Positions 36,670 to 44,209 of a stretch of 44,209 nucleotides of DNA are shown here, one piece after another (the stretch's first letter is position 1; every line of letters starts with the position of its first letter). The position numbers and the translations under genes are program-made. The DNA is from Patescibacteria group bacterium (GTDB lineage: Bacteria; Patescibacteriota; Microgenomatia; Levybacterales; UBA12049): assembly GCA_023473545.1 (NCBI GenBank), contig JAMCXO010000013.1, positions 1-44,209 of the forward strand, written 5' to 3'. The notes below the pieces were generated by a model, which was not told where the DNA came from, ran no database searches, and saw only the letters and a program-made list of their open reading frames with translations.

Positions 36670-37298
36670 AGTTAAAAATTACAAATTTCAAATTACAAAT
36701 TTCAAATTCTTTAGGCTACACCCTGATAGAGCTGTTGGCGGTGATGGCGGTTTTGGTGGTGGTGGGAGCGGTGGTGGGACAGATATTGTTTTCGGTCCTA
36801 AGAGGAAATAATAAGACGAATACGCTTTCAAGCGTTAATCAAAATGGCAGCTACGCGATTTCGCAAATGTCTAAGATGATCAGGAATACCCAATTTTTTA
36901 ACGGTGTCAGCATAGACGGCAGTACATATATTACGGATTGTGTTACTTCGTCAGTAGGAGCTTTAACACCTACCCCGACGCCTGAAACTTACAAATCTTT
37001 GAAAATAACGTCTTTTGATGGAGGCGAAACAATTTTTTCCTGTGATTTAGCCTCTAGCCCCCCGACCATTTCCTCAAACAGCGCTTCGCTTTTGGATACC
37101 AACGCGGTTGAGATTGATATGTCCTCTTCCAATCCCTGTTACTTTACCTGCTCGCAGGATAGTTTTTCCGGCTCAACCCGCATAGGAATACACTTTAGTC
37201 TTAAAGAGTTCTCTAATTCCGGGGTTACCCCGATTGAGGAAAAAAGCGCCTCCGCCGTCTTCGACACGTCTGTTATCTTGCGAAACCCTTCCAGATAA
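36666..37298 (+). CDS. minor pilin / pseudopilin
   Basis: MKLKITNFKLQISNSLG|YTLIELLAVMAVLVVV. The start was set at the ATG at 36666 (ATGA overlap with the upstream stop). Confidence 0.75.
   Translation: MKLKITNFKLQISNSLGYTLIELLAVMAVLVVVGAVVGQILFSVLRGNNKTNTLSSVNQNGSYAISQMSKMIRNTQFFNGVSIDGSTYITDCVTSSVGALTPTPTPETYKSLKITSFDGGETIFSCDLASSPPTISSNSASLLDTNAVEIDMSSSNPCYFTCSQDSFSGSTRIGIHFSLKEFSNSGVTPIEEKSASAVFDTSVILRNPSR
36676..36709 (+). repeat. tandem 14-nt AT-rich repeat (AAATTACAAATTTC, 2.4 copies) encoding a pilin leader peptide
   Basis: Copies at 36676-36689 and 36690-36703, with a partial copy at 36704-36709. It encodes ITNFKLQISN of the leader peptide. Confidence 0.8.
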
Positions 37299-37311
37299 TT
37301 TTATTGGGGTG

Positions 37312-37340
37312 TTGACAGTTAGGGGTGGGCTTGATAATCT
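37312..37340 (+). promoter_or_regulatory. internal sigma70-type promoter within the pilin cluster
   Basis: TTGACA (37312-37317), N17, TAATCT (37335-37340), then 6 nt to the ATG at 37347. An alternative reading is GATAAT with N15. Confidence 0.5.
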
Positions 37341-37346
37341 TTAAGT

Positions 37347-38210
37347 ATGGAGAAGGAAAAAGGACAAACGCTTCTAATCGTAGTGTTGGTTATGGTGATT
37401 GCCTTAACCGTTATTCTTTCTTTAGCCGCCCGCTCAGTCGTTAATCTCAGAAACTCCAACGAAGAGGCAAGTTCGCAGAAAGCGCTCTCCGCGGCAGAGG
37501 CCGGGGTGGAAGAGGCGCTTCAAAACGCCATTTGCGTCTCTTCATGTCCTACGGTTAGCGGTTCAATAAATAGTAATACCTTTAGCACTAATATAGAGAG
37601 CCTTCCTTATCCGTCCAAAGAATTTTTATTCAACAACGGTGATGTGGTCGCGAAAGACGACGGAGCCGATCTTTGGCTGATTGATCATAACAAGGACGGC
37701 AGTCTTAATTATGCCAGCGGCTGGCAGAGCGTGGGCGGGAGTCCCTCCCTAACCTTTTATTGGGGCACGCCCTCATCCGATGCTTGTTCCTCCGCCGCTT
37801 TGGAGTTAATAGTTTTATCGGAAAATAACGCTTCCTCCGATAACGGCGCTTCTGTAAAATCCGATAGGTATATCTACGATCCTTGTTCTTCCTCTTCCCG
37901 AAGACCGGGCAATAAATTTTCATCTCCCCTTTCGGGGGGAACTGTTGCCGGCCAGTCATTTAGCTACTCCGCGACAATAAATATTCCCAATAACTCCGGA
38001 ATCCTGGTTAGGGCTCTTCCCTACTACGCCAATTCTCCGATAGGGGTTGCGGCCGGATGCTCCACTGGCCAGAATTGTTCCCTGCCCTCCCAGGGGAACG
38101 CGATTACCTCAACCGGAACCTCAGGCAAGACCACAAGAAAGATTACTATTTTTAGGGGTTACTCGGAACTGCCGACTGAATTTTTTCCGTTTATTCTGTT
38201 CTCGCCTTAA
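37347..38210 (+). CDS. PilX-like pilus-associated protein (N-terminal hydrophobic anchor, no Glu +5)
   Basis: MEKEKGQTLLIVVLVMVIALTVILSLAARS resembles PilX_N-type leaders. The C-terminal domain is large and S/G/C-rich. Confidence 0.6.
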   Translation: MEKEKGQTLLIVVLVMVIALTVILSLAARSVVNLRNSNEEASSQKALSAAEAGVEEALQNAICVSSCPTVSGSINSNTFSTNIESLPYPSKEFLFNNGDVVAKDDGADLWLIDHNKDGSLNYASGWQSVGGSPSLTFYWGTPSSDACSSAALELIVLSENNASSDNGASVKSDRYIYDPCSSSSRRPGNKFSSPLSGGTVAGQSFSYSATINIPNNSGILVRALPYYANSPIGVAAGCSTGQNCSLPSQGNAITSTGTSGKTTRKITIFRGYSELPTEFFPFILFSP

Positions 38211-38213
38211 ACT

Positions 38214-39266
38214 ATGAAACAACTGCCTTTCGGTTTGGACATCGGAGTATCCACTATTAAAGCGGTTTGGCTTTCGCAGTCAGATAACGGATTTATGCTT
38301 AACGCCACCAACATGGTTCCGACTCCTGCCAAAGGCATGCTTTCCCAATCCCCTCTGGATCAGGAAGAGATGGCGCGCGCTATACGAGGCATGGTTTTAG
38401 AGGCCCAAATCAAAACAAAGTACGTAAACATCGCCCTGCCCGAAAATCAGGTTTACACAAGGGTTATAGAGATGCCTTTTCTCTCCGACAAGGAGTTGTC
38501 CTCGGCGATATATTGGGAAGCGGAGCAGTATATTCCTCTTCCTCCCTCAAGCGCGATATTCGACTATAAAATATTGTCCAGATCCGAGAATCCAGAGGAG
38601 CCTTCCAAGATGCGGGTTTTACTGGTCGGCGCGCCTACCAGTTTAGTTTCTTCGTACCAAAAGGTAGTGGCTATGGCGGGATTTAGTGTGGCAGCCGCGG
38701 AAACAGAGGTATTGGCAACGACAAGGTCCCTTATTTATCCTTTAAGTTCGGATCAGAACCAAAATCTTCCCGCAACCATTATTATAGGCATTGGAACCCT
38801 AATTACCTCTCTTATTATTGTTAAAAACGGGGTTTTGGTTTTTACCTACACGATTCCCTTGGGAGGAAACGCTATTAGCCGGGCCATAGCATCCGATTTT
38901 GGGTTTACCATGGAACAAGCAGAGCAGTATAAGAAAGCGTATGGAGTTTCAAAGAAGAATTTGGAAGGAAAAATAGGCAAGGCAAGCGAACCGATCCTGA
39001 CGTCAATTTTATCAGAGGTAAGAAAGGCCATAGCCTTCTATAAGGAAAGGTACAAAGAGGATTCGGTTATACAGCAGGTTATTTTATCCGGCGGCAGCGC
39101 CAGGCTCCCCGGTTTAGATGTCTTTTTCGCGGAAAACCTGGGAATTGAGACTGTTGTCGCCAACCCCTGGAAGGCGCTTGAGAGTCAGCAGGTTCCTAAG
39201 GAAATATTGGATAATTCTTCCGAGTATTCCATAGCGGTAGGTCTTGCGATGAGGGGGTATGACTAA
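38214..39266 (+). CDS. pilM: type IV pilus assembly protein PilM (actin-like ATPase fold)
   Basis: FGLDIGVSTIKAVWL phosphate-1 motif, and ILSGGSARLPGL near the C-terminus. 350 aa. Confidence 0.85.
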   Translation: MKQLPFGLDIGVSTIKAVWLSQSDNGFMLNATNMVPTPAKGMLSQSPLDQEEMARAIRGMVLEAQIKTKYVNIALPENQVYTRVIEMPFLSDKELSSAIYWEAEQYIPLPPSSAIFDYKILSRSENPEEPSKMRVLLVGAPTSLVSSYQKVVAMAGFSVAAAETEVLATTRSLIYPLSSDQNQNLPATIIIGIGTLITSLIIVKNGVLVFTYTIPLGGNAISRAIASDFGFTMEQAEQYKKAYGVSKKNLEGKIGKASEPILTSILSEVRKAIAFYKERYKEDSVIQQVILSGGSARLPGLDVFFAENLGIETVVANPWKALESQQVPKEILDNSSEYSIAVGLAMRGYD

Positions 39267-39795
39267 GGAAATTAATCTTCTTCCTTTGGGGAGCAGGCCG
39301 GGTCATAATAAAAAAAGGGGGCTTATCTTATTTAGATGGATCTCCTTTAGTTTTCTTATTTTGGTGGTTGTTTCATCGCTAATAAGTCTTATTCTAAATT
39401 ATTTCTCGCCGATCCCCGCGTTAAAAAACAGGGAGGTTTCTCTTTTGTCCGAATTCGCGCCTCTAAACAATAAAATCGCTAAATATTTATATCTTAAGGA
39501 TAGGATAACAAAGATAAAAACAATCTTCGCAACCAGAGGGTCTTTGTCTAAGGACGTTAATTTACTAGAAACCCAGTTGCCCTCCGGCTTATCTATCAAC
39601 TCTTTGTCTATAGATAAAAAGAAGGTAAATGTTACAGTAAGCGCTTTCTCTCTTGTACCAGTTAGTATTTTTCTGGATAAGATCGTTAAACTAACGGCGA
39701 GCGGAAAAGCTTTTTCCAGCGTGTCCCTTTTAAGCTTAGGTCTAAATCCATTGTCGGGCAATTATTCTTTAACACTTAGTCTTGATTTTTTATGA
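39259..39795 (+). CDS. pilN: PilN-like protein
   Basis: The hallmark N-terminal INLLP motif (MTKEINLLPLG), followed by a single TM segment. Overlaps the pilM stop. Confidence 0.7.
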   Translation: MTKEINLLPLGSRPGHNKKRGLILFRWISFSFLILVVVSSLISLILNYFSPIPALKNREVSLLSEFAPLNNKIAKYLYLKDRITKIKTIFATRGSLSKDVNLLETQLPSGLSINSLSIDKKKVNVTVSAFSLVPVSIFLDKIVKLTASGKAFSSVSLLSLGLNPLSGNYSLTLSLDFL

Positions 39796-40529
39796 AAAGA
39801 CAATTTACCTTCGACAGAAGCAGTTTTCTTATTTTATATAACCAGTATAGGGAGTATCTTGTTTCCAGCATTTTTTTGGTTCTTGGTCTGCTTTTGCTTT
39901 TATTTTTGACTATTCCTTCCATGCGCAGCTTAATGGCGGAAAAAAGGCAGGAAAAAGAGTATAAAACAAGGATAGAGACTATGCAGAATAACCTGCGGTT
40001 TATGGAGCTTCTTGATCCCCGGCTTCTGGATTCTCAGGTTAAACTTGTTTCTTCTGTTCTTCCCCCGGATAAGGATTTTGTTTTGATATTAAATGCCATT
40101 GCGGAAAGCAAAGGCAACACCGGGGTATCGCTTGGCGATTTTTCTTTTCAGGTTGGTTCCCTGGCAACCCGTTCCGCCAGTGTTCCCGGCCTTCCCGCGA
40201 TTCCGGTTAAACTTACGGGGCAGGGAAATATAAAAAATATTGAGAGTTTACTTGCCAATCTGGAGCAGACGGTACCGATTTCGGAGGTGAATACGATTCA
40301 AATAAGCGGACAGTCGGCAAGTTTTACTGTTAACTTTAATTATCGCCTAAAGAGTCAATTGCCTTTTAACCCCAACCTGCCAATACAGCCTTTATCAAAG
40401 GGAGAGGAAGCGGTTCTTAATAAAATACGTTCATGGCACACCGGGACATCGAATAATTTGCCAAACCCTTCCTATAATAAGCGCCAACAATCTCTTCCGG
40501 CGAGTTCCAGCTCATCGGCGTTTTTCTAA
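39792..40529 (+). CDS. PilO-like bitopic membrane protein
   Basis: The call rests on position after pilM and pilN, a single TM segment followed by a coiled-coil-like segment, and an ATGA overlap with pilN. No sequence motif was recognised. Confidence 0.45.
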   Translation: MKRQFTFDRSSFLILYNQYREYLVSSIFLVLGLLLLLFLTIPSMRSLMAEKRQEKEYKTRIETMQNNLRFMELLDPRLLDSQVKLVSSVLPPDKDFVLILNAIAESKGNTGVSLGDFSFQVGSLATRSASVPGLPAIPVKLTGQGNIKNIESLLANLEQTVPISEVNTIQISGQSASFTVNFNYRLKSQLPFNPNLPIQPLSKGEEAVLNKIRSWHTGTSNNLPNPSYNKRQQSLPASSSSSAFF

Positions 40530-41183
40530 GCCTGAAAAAGTCAAGCTGTGCTTTTCTCTCCACCGCCGCACTTCTTTATGGTTGCCCGAGAGTAAGATTT
40601 TTGGCACCCTTAGGTTTTTATAAGTCCTTGGTTTTGTGTACTGCGGATGTTCAAGGTAGTCGGGAGAGATAGAGAAAGATTCATTTTCTGTTGCTTCTTT
40701 CTTAAGCACGTTCTTGATAAGACGGACAACGGAATCCGTTATAAGCATAGCCGGTATTTCTCCGCCTGTTGTTATAAAGCTTCCTACCGATATTTTTCCG
40801 TCAATAAATTTGTTTATTCTTTCATCAACCCCTTCATAATGTCCGCAAACTAAAATAAGATGTCTTAATCCGGAGAATTCTTTGGCTCTTTTTTGATTAA
40901 AACCTTTACCGCGGGCATCAAGCAGTATTACCTTTTGGCTCCTTTTGGATAACTTATCCTTTGCCTTTTCTATGGCTTTTTCTAACACGTCAACCCTCAA
41001 AACCATTCCCACGCCCCCTCCATATGGTTTATCATCAACTATTTTATGTTTCCCGATGCCAAAATCACGAATGTTTACCAATTTAATATCCGCAAGTTTG
41101 TTTTTCTCCGCGTGTTTTATTATGGAATGACTGAAAGGACCGGAAAACATTTCCGGAAAAAGAGTGAGGATTGTGATTTTCAT
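40512..41183 (-). CDS. trmD: tRNA (guanine37-N1)-methyltransferase
   Basis: YGGGVGMVLRVD and CGHYEGVDERI motifs of the SPOUT TrmD family. Confidence 0.92.
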   Translation of the reverse strand: MKITILTLFPEMFSGPFSHSIIKHAEKNKLADIKLVNIRDFGIGKHKIVDDKPYGGGVGMVLRVDVLEKAIEKAKDKLSKRSQKVILLDARGKGFNQKRAKEFSGLRHLILVCGHYEGVDERINKFIDGKISVGSFITTGGEIPAMLITDSVVRLIKNVLKKEATENESFSISPDYLEHPQYTKPRTYKNLRVPKILLSGNHKEVRRWREKHSLTFSGLEKRR

Positions 41184-41186
41184 ATC

Positions 41187-41426
41187 CTAAGAGGAGAATT
41201 CCTGGAGGGTAATGTTGACTCTTTTGTTTTGTTTAACCGCCGGTATTTTCATGACGTTTCTGATGGATCTTATAATCTTTCCCTGCTTGCCGATAAGCCT
41301 GCCCATCTGATCCTGAGGGGCTTTTACGGTAAGGGTTATAAACCCGTTGTTTTCTTCCTCTTCTATTTCTATTTTTGTTGGGTCATCCGCTATTGATGAC
41401 ACTATAAAATTAAGTATATTTTTCAT
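41187..41426 (-). CDS. KH domain RNA-binding protein (UPF0109/YlqC-like)
   Basis: 79 aa with the GKQGKIIRSIRNV KH core. It sits in the conserved position between rpsP and trmD. Confidence 0.8.
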   Translation of the reverse strand: MKNILNFIVSSIADDPTKIEIEEEENNGFITLTVKAPQDQMGRLIGKQGKIIRSIRNVMKIPAVKQNKRVNITLQEFSS

Positions 41427-41650
41427 GATTCAACAACCCTTCTGGCGGTAGGGGTTAGCTTTGCTCCTTTGGAAATCCAATAGTTTACCCTTTCCAGATT
41501 AATTTTTTTATCTTCCTTATTTAGATATTTATGGTAGTGCCCCAGTTCTTCAACAGGTTTGCCGTCCCGGCGCTGTCTTTTTTCGGCGACAACAATCCTG
41601 TATTTTGCCTCCCCCTTTTTCCCTATTTTTGTTAATCTGATAGCAAGCAT
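41423..41650 (-). CDS. rpsP: 30S ribosomal protein S16
   Basis: The MLAIRLTKIGKKGEAKYRIVVAE N-terminus is typical of bS16. Confidence 0.92.
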   Translation of the reverse strand: MLAIRLTKIGKKGEAKYRIVVAEKRQRRDGKPVEELGHYHKYLNKEDKKINLERVNYWISKGAKLTPTARRVVES

Positions 41651-41681
41651 AAGCTTATTATAGCATCTCTATTTCCCACTC

Positions 41682-42347
41682 TCAAGCTTTATTTAGTTTA
41701 CGCAGTGCTTTTTCGGCCGCCTCTTCTTCGGCTCTTTGTTTTGATTTACCCTTTCCTTGTTCTATTAACGCGTTTTGAACATAAACCCCGACAGTAAATA
41801 ATCTTTCATGGGCCGGGCCTTCTTCGGCAAGAACCTTGTAGACCGGGGCGTTTTGTTTTTTTGCCTGCACAAATTCCTGGAGAAGACTCTTGGGATCCTT
41901 GAGCGTATTTTCCCGAGCCAAAACAGATGTTTTTTCCAAAAGCACCGACCTGAGAAATGTTTCAACAGTTTCTATTCCCCGATCCAGATAAAGCGCGCCG
42001 ACAAAGGCTTCGAAACTGTCCGCAAGAAGTGATTCGTTTTCCCGCCCGTTGGATTCTTCCTCTCCGCGGGAAAGTTTAAGAAGAGAGCCGAAATTCAGCT
42101 GTCTGGCTACAGAGGCAAGAGATTTTGTGTTAACCAGCAAAGAGCGGAGATTAGTTAGTTTGCCCTCGTTAAAATTGGGGAACAAGGCGAACAGGTGCCT
42201 TGACACGATAAAAGATATAATGCTGTCGCCCAAAAATTCCAGTCTTTCGTTATTCTCTAATTTCTCCCTGGCTTCATTCAAGTATGACCGATGGGTAAAG
42301 GCCTGATCAAACAGTTTTTTATTTTTAAAGTTTGGAAGATTTTTCAT
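41682..42347 (-). CDS. rnc: ribonuclease III
   Basis: NERLEFLGDS catalytic signature and a C-terminal dsRBD (DPKSLLQEF...GKGKSKQRAEEEAA). Confidence 0.92.
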   Translation of the reverse strand: MKNLPNFKNKKLFDQAFTHRSYLNEAREKLENNERLEFLGDSIISFIVSRHLFALFPNFNEGKLTNLRSLLVNTKSLASVARQLNFGSLLKLSRGEEESNGRENESLLADSFEAFVGALYLDRGIETVETFLRSVLLEKTSVLARENTLKDPKSLLQEFVQAKKQNAPVYKVLAEEGPAHERLFTVGVYVQNALIEQGKGKSKQRAEEEAAEKALRKLNKA

Positions 42348-42690
42348 AGGAAATAATAGCGCCTAGGGCTCCGTTTACAAAGGAAGGGCTTGTTTCGCCG
42401 CCAAATTCCTTAGCCAGTTCAACGGCCTCATCTATGATTACCTTTGGCGGTTCCTTTTTTTCTATCATCAGCTCAAACACGGACAATCTGAGTATCGCCA
42501 GGTCAACCTTGTTAATTTTATTAATCGGAAATTGTTTTGCCGCCCTTTTTATATACTTATCTATAATATCTTTTTTTAAAAAAATATTCCTTGTTTTTCT
42601 ATCCGTTCTTTGGTCATAGAAATCAATTTTATAAAGCTCCTGGACTGTTTCCTGTCGTTTTTTATGCCGGGGATCAAGAGATGTTTTCAT
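42325..42690 (-). CDS. nusB: transcription antitermination factor NusB-like
   Basis: 121 aa. DLAILRLSVFELM and AVELAKEFGGETSPSFVNGALG are typical NusB helices. Confidence 0.8.
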   Translation of the reverse strand: MKTSLDPRHKKRQETVQELYKIDFYDQRTDRKTRNIFLKKDIIDKYIKRAAKQFPINKINKVDLAILRLSVFELMIEKKEPPKVIIDEAVELAKEFGGETSPSFVNGALGAIISYEKSSKL

Positions 42691-42896
42691 TAAGAAGGTT
42701 TTTCTTTTTTTGACTTTTCTTTTACCAAGACTATTTGCCTTCCATCATACCAGCCGCATGCGCCGCACAGCGTATGGGGCAAAACATTAGCATTGCAGTT
42801 TGGGCACTTGGCCGGCTTTTTAATTTTAAGCGCGATATGCGATCGTCTTTTTCCCTGCCTTTGGCGCGAGTGTCTTTTTTTTGGCTCCTGTGGCAT
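42690..42896 (-). CDS. rpmF: 50S ribosomal protein L32
   Basis: The N-terminus PKKRHSRQRQGKRRSH and Zn-ribbon CPNC...CGAC. Confidence 0.9.
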   Translation of the reverse strand: MPQEPKKRHSRQRQGKRRSHIALKIKKPAKCPNCNANVLPHTLCGACGWYDGRQIVLVKEKSKKEKPS

Positions 42897-42905
42897 AATA
42901 TAGCT

Positions 42906-42934
42906 ATTTTACTCTATTTGCCGTCTTTACGCAA
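42906..42934 (-). promoter_or_regulatory. sigma70-type promoter of the rpmF-nusB-rnc operon
   Basis: On the minus strand: TTGCGT (42934-42929), N17, TAAAAT (42911-42906), then 9 nt to the ATG at 42896. Confidence 0.5.
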
Positions 42935-42977
42935 CATATGTGTGAAAAGGGTATTGGGCCAGCAACAAAACTGGATT

Positions 42978-44054
42978 TTAGATAAAATATGTTCGTAAAG
43001 CGAATCTATATTGCTCCAAAAATAATCGTTTTACATGGTAAAGACTATTGGTTTCAAAAAAGAGGATTAGCGCTGATTTATATTCATTCTCGTCAATGCT
43101 TCTATACGACAATGGAAAAAGATCGTAGGCAAGAAGGAGCGCGTTGGTAAACATCCGGGCTGTTCGTTTGTTCCCGTCAGCAAACGGCTGAATATAGGCA
43201 AGCATGCTCCCAATGATTAAAGCTTTCTCTAGCGGATAAGTGATTTGATTAACTAATGTAATTGTTTTTTCTAGGGCTTCTTTAATTTGCCATTCATTAT
43301 CGAGCGGCCGGTAGGTTGTTCCTGTAATGCCGACTGGTTGTTTGCGAATACCGCCGGTGATAGATAACTCTTTAATGAGAACATTATGAAGCTGCGTTAT
43401 GCTCTCGAGGGTTACCGTTTTAAAATCATTCTTATGTTCAAGAATGGTTTTAAAGGCATCTTTGTGGTTTAGGATCATAATCGCTTCTTCTTTCGAATGG
43501 CCTCGCGCTTCTCGGCTTTCTTTGATTAATGTTTCCGTCTCAAGGAGTGTGTAGGTGTTTCCTTCAATCCGGGACGACTTCCAGGAGAGCTCGATCATAA
43601 AACGTTCTAATTCTTGTTTGACGATTGTTTGATCAAGTTTCTCTATTGATCCGGTAAATGCGCGGCGGATCGTTTGGAGATCTTCCCGTTCGTTTGGGAA
43701 AATAAGGTTATTAAGATGGAGAAAAACCTCAAAATTAAAAGTATTTTTCACACTCTTTCGCTCATCCGGCTCCAGTCGGAAATATTGGACTAAATCAACT
43801 TTTTTTAACAAAGGATGGGGCGAAGCCGAGCGGTAAGCCGTGCTTGGTCCATTTCCCTTAGCAGCGATTTGTTTTTTAACAAGAAGCAGTTTTAAGTCTC
43901 TGGCGAATGTTGCTTTTGAAGCGGGATAGATAGCAGAAAGCAGCTTGGCAATTTGTTCTCGCGATAGTTCCTCGTTTTCCGCAAGGAGATTGATTATCGC
44001 CCTCTGTCTCGGAGTGAATCTTATCGTCTCATTCATATACCTATACCGTATCAT
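42978..44054 (-). CDS. Fic/Doc-family protein with an N-terminal wHTH and a degenerate active-site motif
   Basis: The Fic core reads QPFADGNKRTAR in place of HxFx[D/E]GNGRxxR. The codon is CAG (Gln) at the catalytic His position, and GNKR is the Doc-like variant. The inhibitory-type motif SRIEGN is present upstream. An N-terminal HTH is also present (RQRAIINLLAENEELSREQIAKLL). The start may instead be M7 (44036). Confidence 0.8.
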   Translation of the reverse strand: MIRYRYMNETIRFTPRQRAIINLLAENEELSREQIAKLLSAIYPASKATFARDLKLLLVKKQIAAKGNGPSTAYRSASPHPLLKKVDLVQYFRLEPDERKSVKNTFNFEVFLHLNNLIFPNEREDLQTIRRAFTGSIEKLDQTIVKQELERFMIELSWKSSRIEGNTYTLLETETLIKESREARGHSKEEAIMILNHKDAFKTILEHKNDFKTVTLESITQLHNVLIKELSITGGIRKQPVGITGTTYRPLDNEWQIKEALEKTITLVNQITYPLEKALIIGSMLAYIQPFADGNKRTARMFTNALLLAYDLFPLSYRSIDENEYKSALILFFETNSLYHVKRLFLEQYRFALRTYFI

Positions 44055-44209
44055 AATAAGACGATAAGCGCAACAGCCAGTCTTACCTAATACAAAATGA
44101 TACTGTAGAGAAACGATTACCTAACCGAAAGATGAGACAAATCATCTGGTAAAAAAGAACGCGAATTGCCATACTAACTGGTGTCATGCAAATTACTATG
44201 GACGATTCG

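Noticed and set aside
40512-40529. 18-nt convergent overlap of the PilO-like and trmD 3-prime ends as a regulatory feature.
   Set aside because: Short convergent overlaps are common in compact genomes. No hairpin or other signal is associated with this one.

Overview
This is a low-GC, gene-dense bacterial window. Consensus TTGACA/TATAAT promoters often sit directly against start codons. My inference, not proven, is a CPR/Patescibacteria-like or similar reduced genome. This rests on the compact genes, a short holB, a type IV pilus locus with no secretin in the window, and many decayed accessory genes.

Core content:
- Pyrimidine genes: pyrC, carB, carA, pyrB.
- Other housekeeping genes: rarA, add, folD, gyrA, ppa, gyrB, holB.
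- A translation and RNA-processing cluster: trmD, a KH protein, rpsP, rnc, nusB, rpmF.
- An ECF sigma/anti-sigma pair with a divergent secreted-protein gene.
- A large type IV pilus locus: pilB-pilT-pilC-pilin, then pilD, six pilin-like genes and pilM-pilN-pilO-like. An unrelated three-gene insertion splits it.

Accessory or unusual content:
- Left end: an 840-bp ORF-free block with phased TATAG repeats and DnaA-box-like sites; an iteron-like promoter driving a Fic gene; a Xer-type recombinase; an AbiEii-like nucleotidyltransferase pair; and a GC-rich ORF interrupted by an in-frame stop.
- A two-gene operon of a GNAT-like protein and an HDAC-family deacetylase, preceded by a roughly 135-nt leader that ends in a strong terminator.
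- A visibly GC-rich foreign gene next to an IS200-type tnpA relic and a frameshifted GrpB-like pseudogene.
- A second Fic gene whose catalytic His is replaced by Gln.

I saw no tRNA, rRNA or CRISPR array. All family calls come from motifs read by eye. No database search was run.
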